Source: Candidatus Undinarchaeota archaeon (lineage in GTDB: Archaea; Undinarchaeota; Undinarchaeia; Undinarchaeales; UBA543). Taken from it: DNA of 34,886 nt. Shown piece by piece: positions 24,629-33,796 of this stretch. Within the stretch, counting starts at the first letter, position 1; each line of letters opens with the position of its first letter. Position numbers and translations under genes: made by a program. The notes below the pieces were generated by a model. The model was given only the letters and a program-made list of their open reading frames with translations. It ran no database searches and had not been told where the DNA came from. The stretch spans positions 1 to 34,886 of the forward strand of contig CAZWSR010000008.1 in the NCBI GenBank assembly GCA_964636545.1, read 5' to 3'.

Positions 24629-25570
24629 CTAGTGGTTTCTCAACTTACTTTCCATTGCTTCTGCAAGTTCATTAATGTTTCCAGGGCTAACTAATTTACA
24701 TTTCCTGCTTTTTCCAGCAGCTTCTGGAATTCCACCAACTTTGGAAGCAACACAATCCAGTCCGCAGGCAAGTGCTTCAGCAAGCGAAAGCCCATAACCT
24801 TCTGATCTTGATGGCATTACAAACAATTCAGATTCATTCAGCAGTTTTGGAATATTCCTCTGCTCTCCTAGGAAACGAACACGACCTGTTAAATCCTCTT
24901 TTTTCAAAAGTGAGTACAATTTCCTACTGAAAAGTGAATCTGACCGTCTTCCTACAATAACTAATTCATGTTTTGGGAACTTCTTTGCAATTTGTGCAAA
25001 TGCTTTTATTAAAATATCATAACCTTTTCTTGGATAAACTGTTCCAACAGCAATTATCTGTTTCTTTTTCGGAATTTTCATTTTCTTGAACTCTACTCCC
25101 ACCTTGTTCCGCCTTATCTGAATTGCTGTATTCTTTATTCCAGAACCAATTATTCGCTTTTTCAAAGACCTACTAACAACCAAAATCTCATCAGCATTCT
25201 CAAGAGCTCTGCTTGTCAGCCATTTGTGTGGAGTTTTCCGTAGATTTATCAAAATATCTGAACCATGACAAGTTACTGTGTAGCTTATTCCAAACAATTT
25301 TTTAGCAAGATAAGCAACAAATCCAAAAGTTGTTGCAAAATGTGCATTTATTACTTTAATTTCTCGTTTGTGCCTGAAAATTTTCCAAAGGAGTCGTGGT
25401 AAATCTAGTCCAAATTTACTCTTTTTTACAAGCTCAATATTACCACTTTTCTGTTTCTTTTTGCTGGTTCCAATAAAAAGTCCGCCTATCCGCTCATGCT
25501 CTTGTTTTGCCACGATTCCGACCCCCTCATATGGTGGTGGGTACGGTCCTAGAATAGCGTGTTTTTCCAT
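24629..25570 (-). CDS. Glycosyltransferase family 4
   Basis: GPYPP, VINAH, TCHGSD, VVS, KGYDILI.AF and FVMPSRSEGYGLSLAEALACG..V.S.VGGIPE (EX7E). Confidence 0.9.
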   Translation of the reverse strand: MEKHAILGPYPPPYEGVGIVAKQEHERIGGLFIGTSKKKQKSGNIELVKKSKFGLDLPRLLWKIFRHKREIKVINAHFATTFGFVAYLAKKLFGISYTVTCHGSDILINLRKTPHKWLTSRALENADEILVVSRSLKKRIIGSGIKNTAIQIRRNKVGVEFKKMKIPKKKQIIAVGTVYPRKGYDILIKAFAQIAKKFPKHELVIVGRRSDSLFSRKLYSLLKKEDLTGRVRFLGEQRNIPKLLNESELFVMPSRSEGYGLSLAEALACGLDCVASKVGGIPEAAGKSRKCKLVSPGNINELAEAMESKLRNH

Positions 25571-25653
25571 TTCCTCTCCCTATGGATGTTTGTTACGAAA
25601 ACCTTTTTATATCCTTCTCCTCACCTTAAAATACACTTTTCGGGGTTAAGCTA

Positions 25654-26508
25654 TTGGAAATACTAAAACGCTTTGACAATGGAAGTATCCTTGCGCTAGT
25701 CAGTATTGACAAAATAAGGGGGCACGAGGATGTTAAGGAAGATTATTTAGCGGAGCTGACTGCGCGAATTGAAGAAGATGGTGAGCTTTACAAGCCGATT
25801 TTAGTTGTAAATAATGATTTTGTTGTTCTTGATGGTCACCACAGGTTTAATGCATGCAAAAACATTGGTTGCAAGCGAATTACAGCATTTTTAATTGATT
25901 ATTTCAGGGAAGATGTGCAAGTTGAGGCATGGTATCCCCTAATTTTGGATAAAGAAGAAGCAGATCATGTTTTTGAAACTGTTAAACAAGCTGGTTTTGA
26001 AGTTTCTGAAGTTGAATCAGAAGCAAAAATGCAGGAGCTTGTTGATTCCAGACAAGCATCAATTGGTATGATTGTTCATGACAGTCCATTTAAATATTTT
26101 ATAACAAACCGAACAGACGCACTCACTTTTTCTGAAGCAATGAAAGCAATTGTTTCTGATTTACGAGCTAGGCAAAAGCTTCCTGTTCTAAAATATTACA
26201 ATAATCCAGATGAAGTTAAGGAGAAATTGAATCTTGGTGAAGCACATATGCTTATTAAAGTTCCAAAAATCTCAAAGGAAAGTGTAATTACTCGGTCAAA
26301 TATGGAAGAGAAATATCCACCAAAAACCACAAGGCACTTAGTTCCTGATAATGTTGAAGAATATCATATTCCACTTGATAGATTGAAAGAACCAAATCCA
26401 GTTGAGGACTTTGAAGCTTCTGAAGAAATACTGGCTGCTTATGAAAAACACATGGAAGAGCACTCATCTACTCCTTATGAATCTTCAATTGAATGGAAAT
26501 TTGAGTGA
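25654..26508 (+). CDS. serK: SerK-like ADP-dependent serine kinase (ParB/Srx-fold)
   Basis: HE, KPILV, DGHHR, DYF...V.V..WYP and PPKTTRH match the motif pattern of Thermococcus SerK. TTG start, with an acidic C-terminal extension. Confidence 0.7.
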   Translation: MEILKRFDNGSILALVSIDKIRGHEDVKEDYLAELTARIEEDGELYKPILVVNNDFVVLDGHHRFNACKNIGCKRITAFLIDYFREDVQVEAWYPLILDKEEADHVFETVKQAGFEVSEVESEAKMQELVDSRQASIGMIVHDSPFKYFITNRTDALTFSEAMKAIVSDLRARQKLPVLKYYNNPDEVKEKLNLGEAHMLIKVPKISKESVITRSNMEEKYPPKTTRHLVPDNVEEYHIPLDRLKEPNPVEDFEASEEILAAYEKHMEEHSSTPYESSIEWKFE

Positions 26509-27273
26509 TTAGAGTTTGACTTTTTGGAATTTGAATAACACTTGGTATTGTTCTGAAACATCCATATATTGTCCCATTTTTCTAAGTTCACAAAGGTACT
26601 CTGAATTTTTCTGTTTTTTTGTTTCAATATATTTTAATTTATATTCTTTTTTCTTTAATTTTTTATTTAATGAACTAAAAATCTGTGTTTTTACTCTAAT
26701 CTCTATTTGTGGTATGCTTCCTTTTGAATTTGCATCGAAGAAATAATAAATAAATCCGTTTTCTTTCAGAACTCTTGCTGCTTCTTTAATGTATTTTTGC
26801 ATTAATTCTCCATGGTGTGTTTCATCTGCAAGCGAAATATTTTGATCAAGTTTTATTGAAATTTTGTCAAAAGTATTTTCTTCAAAAGGAAGATCATGAG
26901 CTGATGCTTCTAGCACAAAAGCGCTATGCTCTTCAATGTTTTCAGCATCTTTTGGATGTCCTGATATTAGATTTACTTTTTCATCTTTTAGCATTTTTAT
27001 TGTATTTTTAATCATGTATTCTGCAATATCAACTCCAACCACGTATTTGCATTTTTTCGCAGCTTTTGCTAAAAGTCCTCCAAATGCGCATCCAACATCT
27101 ATGAAAATATCTTTCTCACTCAAATTCATTTGTTTAATAAACCAATCATTATATTCTGTTTTTTCTTTTAGGTCTTCAACATTTATTGAATTTCTAGAAT
27201 TTTCCCATTCTTTTTTATCTTCTTCTATAAGGTGCAATAAGTACTTCTCGTGTTTTTTCTTGTCAAATACCAT
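26509..27273 (-). CDS. Class I SAM-dependent methyltransferase
   Basis: FIDVGCAFG, VGVDIA, AHDLPFEENTFD and EAARVLKENG; visibly more AT-rich and Lys-rich than its neighbours. Confidence 0.8.
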   Translation of the reverse strand: MVFDKKKHEKYLLHLIEEDKKEWENSRNSINVEDLKEKTEYNDWFIKQMNLSEKDIFIDVGCAFGGLLAKAAKKCKYVVGVDIAEYMIKNTIKMLKDEKVNLISGHPKDAENIEEHSAFVLEASAHDLPFEENTFDKISIKLDQNISLADETHHGELMQKYIKEAARVLKENGFIYYFFDANSKGSIPQIEIRVKTQIFSSLNKKLKKKEYKLKYIETKKQKNSEYLCELRKMGQYMDVSEQYQVLFKFQKVKL

Positions 27274-27280
27274 TTAATCA

Positions 27281-28501
27281 CTACGCTCCGAATATTTTCT
27301 CTACTCCAGCATAATTCATTAAAATCGGTAGTAAATCATTTCCGCGAATTCTTCCTATGCCACCATGCATACAATTCCGCTCATCAAATCCTCGTGAGGA
27401 ATCTGTTCTTGTTGTTGGTCCGCGAATAAGTAATGGAACTGGGTCGCCTGCATGCTGTTTTAATTCGCAAGGTGTTGTGTGGTCTCCGAGAATTGCAACA
27501 ACAAGGTCTTTCCCAACACTCTTATTTATTACATTCAGTTTACTGTCAATATTCTCAATCATTTCTATTTTTCCTTTCACATTTCCGTCATGACTGAAAT
27601 TATCAGTTGCTTTGATATTGATTATTGAAAAATCCTTGGTTTCAAGTGAGCGCAGTGCAAAGTCTATTTTACCTTTCAGGTTTGTGTCAGCGCCCCCAGT
27701 TGCTCCTGGAACATTTACAACATCTAATCCAAGTGAAGTTGCAACTCCTTTGACAATTGCTGTTGCTGCAATACAACTTCCACGGATTCCGTATGCTTCT
27801 TCAACAGTTGCGGTTTTTTTGTAAAGTCCAGGTCCTCGAAGAAGAATTGCATTTGCTGGCAAAAGTTTGTCCTGTTTTCGAGTAGAATTAATTTTACACT
27901 CATTCAAAGCTCTTTGAGCAAGATCTGAAAACTTATTGATAATACTTGCTGTGTCTTTTGCTTCTTTTGAAGTATCATTTGCTGTGCATTTTACAATTCC
28001 TGCATCAATTTCATGAGGGTCAGTTGCAGTTATGTTATCTGAGAGTTTTTTTCCTTTCAAAACTAGTACTCCGCGATGATCTATTGTGCTTTTGAATATG
28101 AAGTCACAAGGCAATTTAATATCGTTTATTGCTTTCTCAAGTTCGTTAAGATTCCCTGAAATACGGCCAGCTCGTCTATCAACTACTTTTTTTGAGCGGT
28201 TGTCAATTGTAGCAAAATTAGTTCTAAAGCAAAGATCGCCTTCTTTTAATTCAATTCCAGCTCCTAATGCTTCGTAAGGTCCGCGGCCCATGTAAACTTG
28301 GTAAGGGTCAAAACCGAGAAGAGAAACATGTGCAGTGTCTGAGCCCGGAACTACTCCTGGGCGTATTGGGTCTAGTAATCCAGTCATTCCGTCTCGTGCA
28401 AAAGCATCCATATTAGGGGTTTTTGCAGTTTCCAGTGGTGTTTTTCCGCGTTTGTCTGGTCGGTCTCCAAGACCGTCGCAGACTATGATTAAAAACTTCA
28501 T
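27281..28501 (-). CDS. apgM: Archaeal 2,3-bisphosphoglycerate-independent phosphoglycerate mutase
   Basis: DGLGDRP...TPLE.A.TPNMD, PGSDTAH, GRGPYEALG, FRTNFAT, DRRAGRI, KATD..SHDG, DHTTP and H.GDPVP. Confidence 0.93.
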   Translation of the reverse strand: MKFLIIVCDGLGDRPDKRGKTPLETAKTPNMDAFARDGMTGLLDPIRPGVVPGSDTAHVSLLGFDPYQVYMGRGPYEALGAGIELKEGDLCFRTNFATIDNRSKKVVDRRAGRISGNLNELEKAINDIKLPCDFIFKSTIDHRGVLVLKGKKLSDNITATDPHEIDAGIVKCTANDTSKEAKDTASIINKFSDLAQRALNECKINSTRKQDKLLPANAILLRGPGLYKKTATVEEAYGIRGSCIAATAIVKGVATSLGLDVVNVPGATGGADTNLKGKIDFALRSLETKDFSIINIKATDNFSHDGNVKGKIEMIENIDSKLNVINKSVGKDLVVAILGDHTTPCELKQHAGDPVPLLIRGPTTRTDSSRGFDERNCMHGGIGRIRGNDLLPILMNYAGVEKIFGA

Positions 28502-28590
28502 ATTTATCAGTCCTGTATTGAGATGGGGGTTTGTGCTATTGGTTTATATAACCAATTATTTGCTATATGGTAAGTAATTCATATATTGGT

Positions 28591-28646
28591 TCAGGTGTCA
28601 GGTAGCAGCCCTCGGCCATCAGGACCTGACTGCTGACACCTTACTC
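28591..28646. repeat. Inverted tandem-heptamer element D / GC-rich hairpin directly after the AMP phosphorylase stop codon
   Basis: TCAGGTG TCAGGTA GCAGCCC TCGGCCA TCAGGAC | CTGACTG CTGACAC CTTACTC, with outer arms AGGTGTCAG (28593-28601) and CTGACACCT (28633-28641). Confidence 0.75.
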
Positions 28647-30146
28647 TATTTCCTCAAGTATTATCCCACCTAGCTCAACAGCAGGCAGTTTATTAGCAAG
28701 AACAATGGCTTCTCTCAGCTTCTCCTTGCTCTTAGCGTAAACAGTGAACAAAGCATCACCAATATGCACGTCTTCTCCTGACGAAACATGCAAATCCATT
28801 CCAGCACTCTTATCTTTTGGTGCTCCAGCTGTTTTTGCAATTCTTGCAATCAGTTTATTATCAATATGTTTAATCTTACCGCTTGCTTTTGATTTCACAA
28901 CTGCTTTTTCTGGCCCAATTTTAATATCCTCTGGCTTGATTCGTGAATTTCCACCTTGCGCTTTAATAATTTCACGCATTTTCCTGTCAGCTTGTCCACT
29001 ATTCAAAATTTCCTGCGCCATTGCCTTTCCTTCACCTTTCTGAGCTTTTCCAACCATTTCCAGAAGTTTACCAGCTAAATCGCAAGCTTTCCCAACTAAA
29101 TCTTGAGGTCCTTTTCCTTGCAAAGCAAGTAAAATATCTCTTGCTTCAAGTGCTGGACCAATTCCGATTCCAATTGGCTGGCTCCCATCAGTTATAAGAC
29201 AATCAACTTCAATTCCAATCTTCTTCCCCAGCTCAATAAACTTATGGCCTAGTTCTTTTCCTTGATTTATATCAGCAATTTTTGCACCTTTCCCAACTGG
29301 AATATCAATAACAACAAAATCTGAACCAACTGACTTTTTCTTAGCCATAATTGAAGCTAACAACATTCCTTGTGGATCAAGTGAAAGTGGGTGCCGTACC
29401 CTGATTATTTTGTCATCGGCTGGTGCAAGATTAACAGCGCCTGTCCAAACAATACAAGCACCAACTTCCTTCACCATTTTCTGAATTTTTTTAACAGAAT
29501 GACTTACTGGAGCAAGAACTTCCATTGTGTCAGCAGTTCCGGCTGGACTTGTGATTGATCTTGAACTTGTTTTTGGCATTTTTAATCCAACTGAAGCAAT
29601 AATTGGAACAACAAGTAGGGTGGTCCGGTTTCCAGCAACTCCTCCAATACAATGCTTGTCAACAACTTTGTTTCCAAAATCAATACCTTCACCCATATTG
29701 AAAATCGCAGTTGTTAAAGCAGCAGTCTCATCCATACTGTAACCGCGAATATATGAAGCAGCCACAAAAGTACTCAGCTCAACATCACTTAATCGATCAT
29801 TAACAACATCAGAAATAATGGCGTCCATCTCCTTTTGTTTTAGCTCAGCCCCATCCAATTTTTTCTTAATGTACTGGACTGATTCTGGTTTTTCAGCAAC
29901 ATGGACTTCAATAACTCTACCTTTACACCCACTAATCTCTTTCTTGACCTCATTAAATAATCCAATTTCACCTTTTGCAACTCCTTTTTCAGAAAGATCA
30001 ACAATTGCAGTCTTGCTCTTTTTCCCACATTTCAAAATAACTCGGTCAGACATATGAACTGACAATTCCTCTGCATCGTCCTTGTTAAGAAGTACTACTG
30101 CTCTACCTGCTCCTATATTCAGGAACTTTGATTTTAGTTTTAGCAT
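28641..30146 (-). CDS. deoA: AMP phosphorylase (nucleoside monophosphate phosphorylase)
   Basis: N-terminal extension (VLLN.DDA.EL.V...DRV), DKHCIGGVAGNRTT, PKTSSRSITSPAGTAD.ME.L, LAPADD.II, GIGPALEA and AGAP.DK.AG. Confidence 0.93.
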   Translation of the reverse strand: MLKLKSKFLNIGAGRAVVLLNKDDAEELSVHMSDRVILKCGKKSKTAIVDLSEKGVAKGEIGLFNEVKKEISGCKGRVIEVHVAEKPESVQYIKKKLDGAELKQKEMDAIISDVVNDRLSDVELSTFVAASYIRGYSMDETAALTTAIFNMGEGIDFGNKVVDKHCIGGVAGNRTTLLVVPIIASVGLKMPKTSSRSITSPAGTADTMEVLAPVSHSVKKIQKMVKEVGACIVWTGAVNLAPADDKIIRVRHPLSLDPQGMLLASIMAKKKSVGSDFVVIDIPVGKGAKIADINQGKELGHKFIELGKKIGIEVDCLITDGSQPIGIGIGPALEARDILLALQGKGPQDLVGKACDLAGKLLEMVGKAQKGEGKAMAQEILNSGQADRKMREIIKAQGGNSRIKPEDIKIGPEKAVVKSKASGKIKHIDNKLIARIAKTAGAPKDKSAGMDLHVSSGEDVHIGDALFTVYAKSKEKLREAIVLANKLPAVELGGIILEEIE

Positions 30147-30454
30147 TATTTCCCTAAACTTATTTTAATTGTGGACACATTGACATTTTCATCTTCTTTG
30201 CTTTTCAATTCCTCTGTTCCAATATCAATATTATCGATTTTTAGTTCGCTTAGAAATCTTTTCCGCACAATCTCGGCAACATCTACTGCCCTACTAATCG
30301 CGCGCCCGCGGGCTTCCACATGCACGTCCTTGTGCCCGTTATTGAACTGGGTAACTACTGCCAGAACATAATTCATCACGGGCTTGCTGCCTACAAAGAC
30401 AACATTGTCATTTGCAGTTTTTTCAACTGCTTTTACTGTTGTTTCTTCTTCCAT
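30146..30454 (-). CDS. albA: DNA/RNA-binding protein Alba
   Basis: [42 protein letters not shown] and NVSTI.I.L. Confidence 0.96.
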   Translation of the reverse strand: MEEETTVKAVEKTANDNVVFVGSKPVMNYVLAVVTQFNNGHKDVHVEARGRAISRAVDVAEIVRKRFLSELKIDNIDIGTEELKSKEDENVNVSTIKISLGK

Positions 30455-30519
30455 TTCTGTAACCCCCTGTAATCTGTAACTATAAATCGCTAGTTATTCT
30501 GCGTTTTTAAAGCTTGTCT

Positions 30520-32091
30520 TTAACCAATCACCGCAATTCTGACATGGTGGAGTCCGCTTGCCTGAGTTGAAGTTACTTTAATGTAATTTATATTTCCAGT
30601 TGGTTTTAATTTAAAAATATGTGACTTGTACTCAACTGTATCATCTACAGAATGTATTTTTTCCTGTTTGCCAATTTCAATTAAACCATTTTCTGTTTCT
30701 CCAGCTTCTACTGTTATTGTTGATTCCTGGTCTACTGTATTTACTGTGAATATAACAAGAAGCTCAGGATTTGCTAGTGTTTTTGTTGTTTGGAATTTTG
30801 CACTGTCATATGTGCCATCTCTTGAAACCCAATATGGTTCTAGGTATGTATATGGCTGGCAGAAATTTTCAACATATATCTGTGACTCTTTTATGTTCTC
30901 GCTTGTTTCTACTTTTAAATAACGGTATGGGACAGTAACATCTATTCTGTCTCCAAATATTGGAACTTCGCTTTCTCCACTTTCTCTGTAATTAATATCT
31001 ATTGTATCTCCAGTAGTCCAGTCTTCATTTTCTTCTGTTCTGAAATAGGTGTTAACTGTAATACTTTGCTTAGCATTTGTTGAGCATTCACATCTTCTTC
31101 TATCTGCACCTTCTGCTGAATTTATATCACCAACAAACACACCAGTTTTCCCAACTGAAGTGCATTTCTCTGCGCAGGAAACTGGCGTGTCCAGATTTGG
31201 ATCAGTACAATCTGTTTCTAGATGCGCCCAACATTTTGTTGATTTCCAAGTATTGTCCCAACAACAATAATATGTTTCTTTTTCAGGCTGTATCGCGTAA
31301 AATAATTCATCTCCAGCTGGCAGGTTTGTTCCAAAATCAAAAATAGTTTCTTTTCCTCCAGCGTCCAATACATTTCTCTTATATGATCCTGAAACATCTG
31401 GGTCTGTTGTTAATTCTATAATACTTGGTTCTGTATAAGAATAACTCATATTTACTCCACTTTTAGTAACTGTGATAGGATCTTTTAATTCATAATTAAC
31501 TTGGAGTTTGTCATTATATGGGCATAAGCATCTTACTGGATCAGTTTGGTCTTCGATAGCTCCGCCAGAATCCACTCCAGCTATTGTTCCACCACTGCAG
31601 AACTCTCCACAAGAGTCACACTCAGTTGCTGCATGAAGGTAAGTATTCAACCCAACTTGTTTCCATACTTGCGGATTCCACACACAATAATATGTTTCAT
31701 ATATATTTGAAAAAACAGCCTCTTTTATTTCCGGCAATGGATTCTCTCCATATGTAACTGTTTTCACATCCTCTTTTACTCTATTCACAAGTGCTGTATT
31801 CAGATCAGCATATGTGGCTGCATTTAATCTTGATCCACACACACTTCCTGATCCATATCCAACATCTTCAAGTGCACTAAAAGTTTTACTTGCAATAAAC
31901 TCATCATAATACATCCGCATACTTTCAAGATCATTTGCTTGATCAATACTGTATGTATAAAAGTCAGCTCTTACCATCGCACTTCCTGAAACATTATTCA
32001 CAAAAAATCCTGTTCCAAGAGTTATACCTAGTGCAAGAAGTAATAGTGCAAATGGTTTCAATTGTGCTTTTCTATTTTTTAATATGTCCAT
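30520..32091 (-). CDS. Secreted or membrane-anchored Cys-rich protein with a class III-like signal peptide
   Basis: N-terminus KNRKA/QLKPFALLLLALGITLG and two copies of a Cys-rich module starting ETYYC.W. Confidence 0.7.
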   Translation of the reverse strand: MDILKNRKAQLKPFALLLLALGITLGTGFFVNNVSGSAMVRADFYTYSIDQANDLESMRMYYDEFIASKTFSALEDVGYGSGSVCGSRLNAATYADLNTALVNRVKEDVKTVTYGENPLPEIKEAVFSNIYETYYCVWNPQVWKQVGLNTYLHAATECDSCGEFCSGGTIAGVDSGGAIEDQTDPVRCLCPYNDKLQVNYELKDPITVTKSGVNMSYSYTEPSIIELTTDPDVSGSYKRNVLDAGGKETIFDFGTNLPAGDELFYAIQPEKETYYCCWDNTWKSTKCWAHLETDCTDPNLDTPVSCAEKCTSVGKTGVFVGDINSAEGADRRRCECSTNAKQSITVNTYFRTEENEDWTTGDTIDINYRESGESEVPIFGDRIDVTVPYRYLKVETSENIKESQIYVENFCQPYTYLEPYWVSRDGTYDSAKFQTTKTLANPELLVIFTVNTVDQESTITVEAGETENGLIEIGKQEKIHSVDDTVEYKSHIFKLKPTGNINYIKVTSTQASGLHHVRIAVIG

Positions 32092-32570
32092 GTGATTAAT
32101 GTTGTTTGAGCGGTTTTTCCATCTTCTATAAACATTGTGTGTTCTGTGTATGTCGCTTTCCTTGCGTCCTCTGGATTAATTCCTATAGTCAAATATTGTC
32201 TACCTTCATAAATAATATAGAACTTGTAATTATCATGAAGTCCATCTAGATTTTTTTGTATTTCTTCTTTAACGTTTTCTTCATTATCACTATCATCTTC
32301 TTTTAAAAGTTTTTTAATAACATCACCCATTTTTTGATCATCCTCTGTTGTGATTTGCATAAGAACATTCAGGGAGTTTGAAACTGCTCCAGCATTTTCA
32401 AAAATTTCTATTTTTTCCTCAACTTTTTCACCACCACCACCTCCGACACCTATTGTTATTACTACCATCACAATCAAAAAACCAATAGCAAGGAGTACCA
32501 CCATTGACACTGGTATGTCTGCTGTAACTTCCATTCCTTTCTTATTTTTGAAACTTTGTTTGTATTTCAT
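32079..32570 (-). CDS. Pilin-like protein (class III-like signal peptide)
   Basis: KNKKG/MEVTADIPVSMVVLLAIGFLIVMVVITIG followed by a small soluble domain. Confidence 0.65.
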   Translation of the reverse strand: MKYKQSFKNKKGMEVTADIPVSMVVLLAIGFLIVMVVITIGVGGGGGEKVEEKIEIFENAGAVSNSLNVLMQITTEDDQKMGDVIKKLLKEDDSDNEENVKEEIQKNLDGLHDNYKFYIIYEGRQYLTIGINPEDARKATYTEHTMFIEDGKTAQTTLITWTY

Positions 32571-32572
32571 TT

Positions 32573-33796
32573 TTATCTAATATACTCATATATTGCTAAT
32601 CTATTCATATAAGGGTCACCACGTTTTTCAAACAATTTTTCTCCAGTTCCACCATTAAACAGCACAAGCGCATCTCTGGCTGGTATATTGTGCCACCCAT
32701 CAGATTTTTTCCAGTGTGTTGATTTCATAATAACTATGTCCTCTCTCTTGTCGTTTCTAATTTTCCCAACCACGACCTCTGTAATTCCTTGTGTCAATGT
32801 AACTGGGTTGCTTTCTCCTTTCCACTCTACTGTTTCTGTTTTTCCTATTGGCCCAATGGTTTTGTACTTTGTAATTCCAGTTATAGCTCCCTCATCTGAT
32901 TCAACACTATATAATTGAAGTCTGTCCTGTGATACTGAATTATAGCCCCACCTTCTATGAATTAAAACTATTTCATCTTCATCTGTTGTTATATCTAAAT
33001 TTCCAGAATCCATTCCTGTAAATGGTATGTCTGCATATGTCTTAGTTATCATATCATAATGGGTATTAGCAGTTGGTCTCCAAAGTGTAGTGGCTAGCTC
33101 TGGTAATGCTGTCAACCTCCCTGTTTCTGCATTTATTTCATAAAACATAATTTTAAATGGATTACCTGAAACTCTCAGAACAGCAATTTGCTCACGATCT
33201 GAGCCTTTAATAAATTTTCCAACAGTTACATCAGAGCACTTTGATACTGTTAGCATATTTGGGGCAGATACTCCTTTGTTATTGAATACTCTTACTGAGC
33301 ATGTGTCCCATGAACCAACAACTACAATTTCGTCTCCTGGTGAGTCATCTCCTGGTATAAGATCTCCTGCTCCAATATATGTTAATTCTTCTCCGTTTGC
33401 ATTAAACTGATGAATATACTTTCCGTTTCTGTCAGCAATATAAACCAAATCTGCGCTTCCTTTCTCACTATTAATTATTGCCAGTTCCTCTCCATGACCA
33501 ATTGTGTCAAAATCACCTGCAACTATATCCATTGAATTGTACATAAACTCAGTCTTTTGATCAAATCTAACTAGCTTGTCATTAAAAAGAAAAAGGTGGT
33601 CATTTCCAGATTCCGGCCAAGCTAGTATTGCAATATTATCGTCTGACGGACTAGTTGTCAAGTCTGTAAATGCTGCATAGATTGGCTTTGCCGCTGCTCC
33701 TGCACCAATCACGCCAATGATTCCCATTACAATATAAATTATTGCAGTGAGTCCCATTGCAATTTCTGCTTTCCTACTTCTTGTTTTTCTTTTCAT
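32573..33796 (-). CDS. Pilin-like protein with FG-GAP/VCBS-like repeats (putative beta-propeller adhesin)
   Basis: ATG 33796 (ATGA overlap); RSRKA/EIAMGLTAIIYIVMGIIGVIG; repeats AGDFD..G.GEELAII, AGDL.....PGDEIVVV, VGKF..GSDREQIAVL, SGNLD..TDEDEIVLI and VGKI.NDKREDIVIM. Confidence 0.65.
   Translation of the reverse strand: MKRKTRSRKAEIAMGLTAIIYIVMGIIGVIGAGAAAKPIYAAFTDLTTSPSDDNIAILAWPESGNDHLFLFNDKLVRFDQKTEFMYNSMDIVAGDFDTIGHGEELAIINSEKGSADLVYIADRNGKYIHQFNANGEELTYIGAGDLIPGDDSPGDEIVVVGSWDTCSVRVFNNKGVSAPNMLTVSKCSDVTVGKFIKGSDREQIAVLRVSGNPFKIMFYEINAETGRLTALPELATTLWRPTANTHYDMITKTYADIPFTGMDSGNLDITTDEDEIVLIHRRWGYNSVSQDRLQLYSVESDEGAITGITKYKTIGPIGKTETVEWKGESNPVTLTQGITEVVVGKIRNDKREDIVIMKSTHWKKSDGWHNIPARDALVLFNGGTGEKLFEKRGDPYMNRLAIYEYIR

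Noticed and set aside
25654-26508. ParB chromosome-partition protein
   Set aside because: There is no HTH or adjacent ParA, and the WYP and PKTTRH motifs fit SerK-like kinases.
27281-28501. A second phosphonopyruvate decarboxylase (legacy annotation of this family)
   Set aside because: It has alkaline-phosphatase-superfamily ApgM motifs and no ThDP motif, and it lies over 20 kb from pepM.
28591-28646. tRNA, SRP RNA helix 8, hammerhead ribozyme or intrinsic terminator
   Set aside because: It is too short for a cloverleaf and has no T-loop, no GNRA-capped SRP motif, no CUGAUGA/GAAA core and no U-tract. The heptamer architecture explains it better.
32426-32448. ACC/CCA triplet run as a contingency repeat
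   Set aside because: It is short and in-frame and simply encodes the Gly linker (GVGGGGG) after the pilin-like helix.
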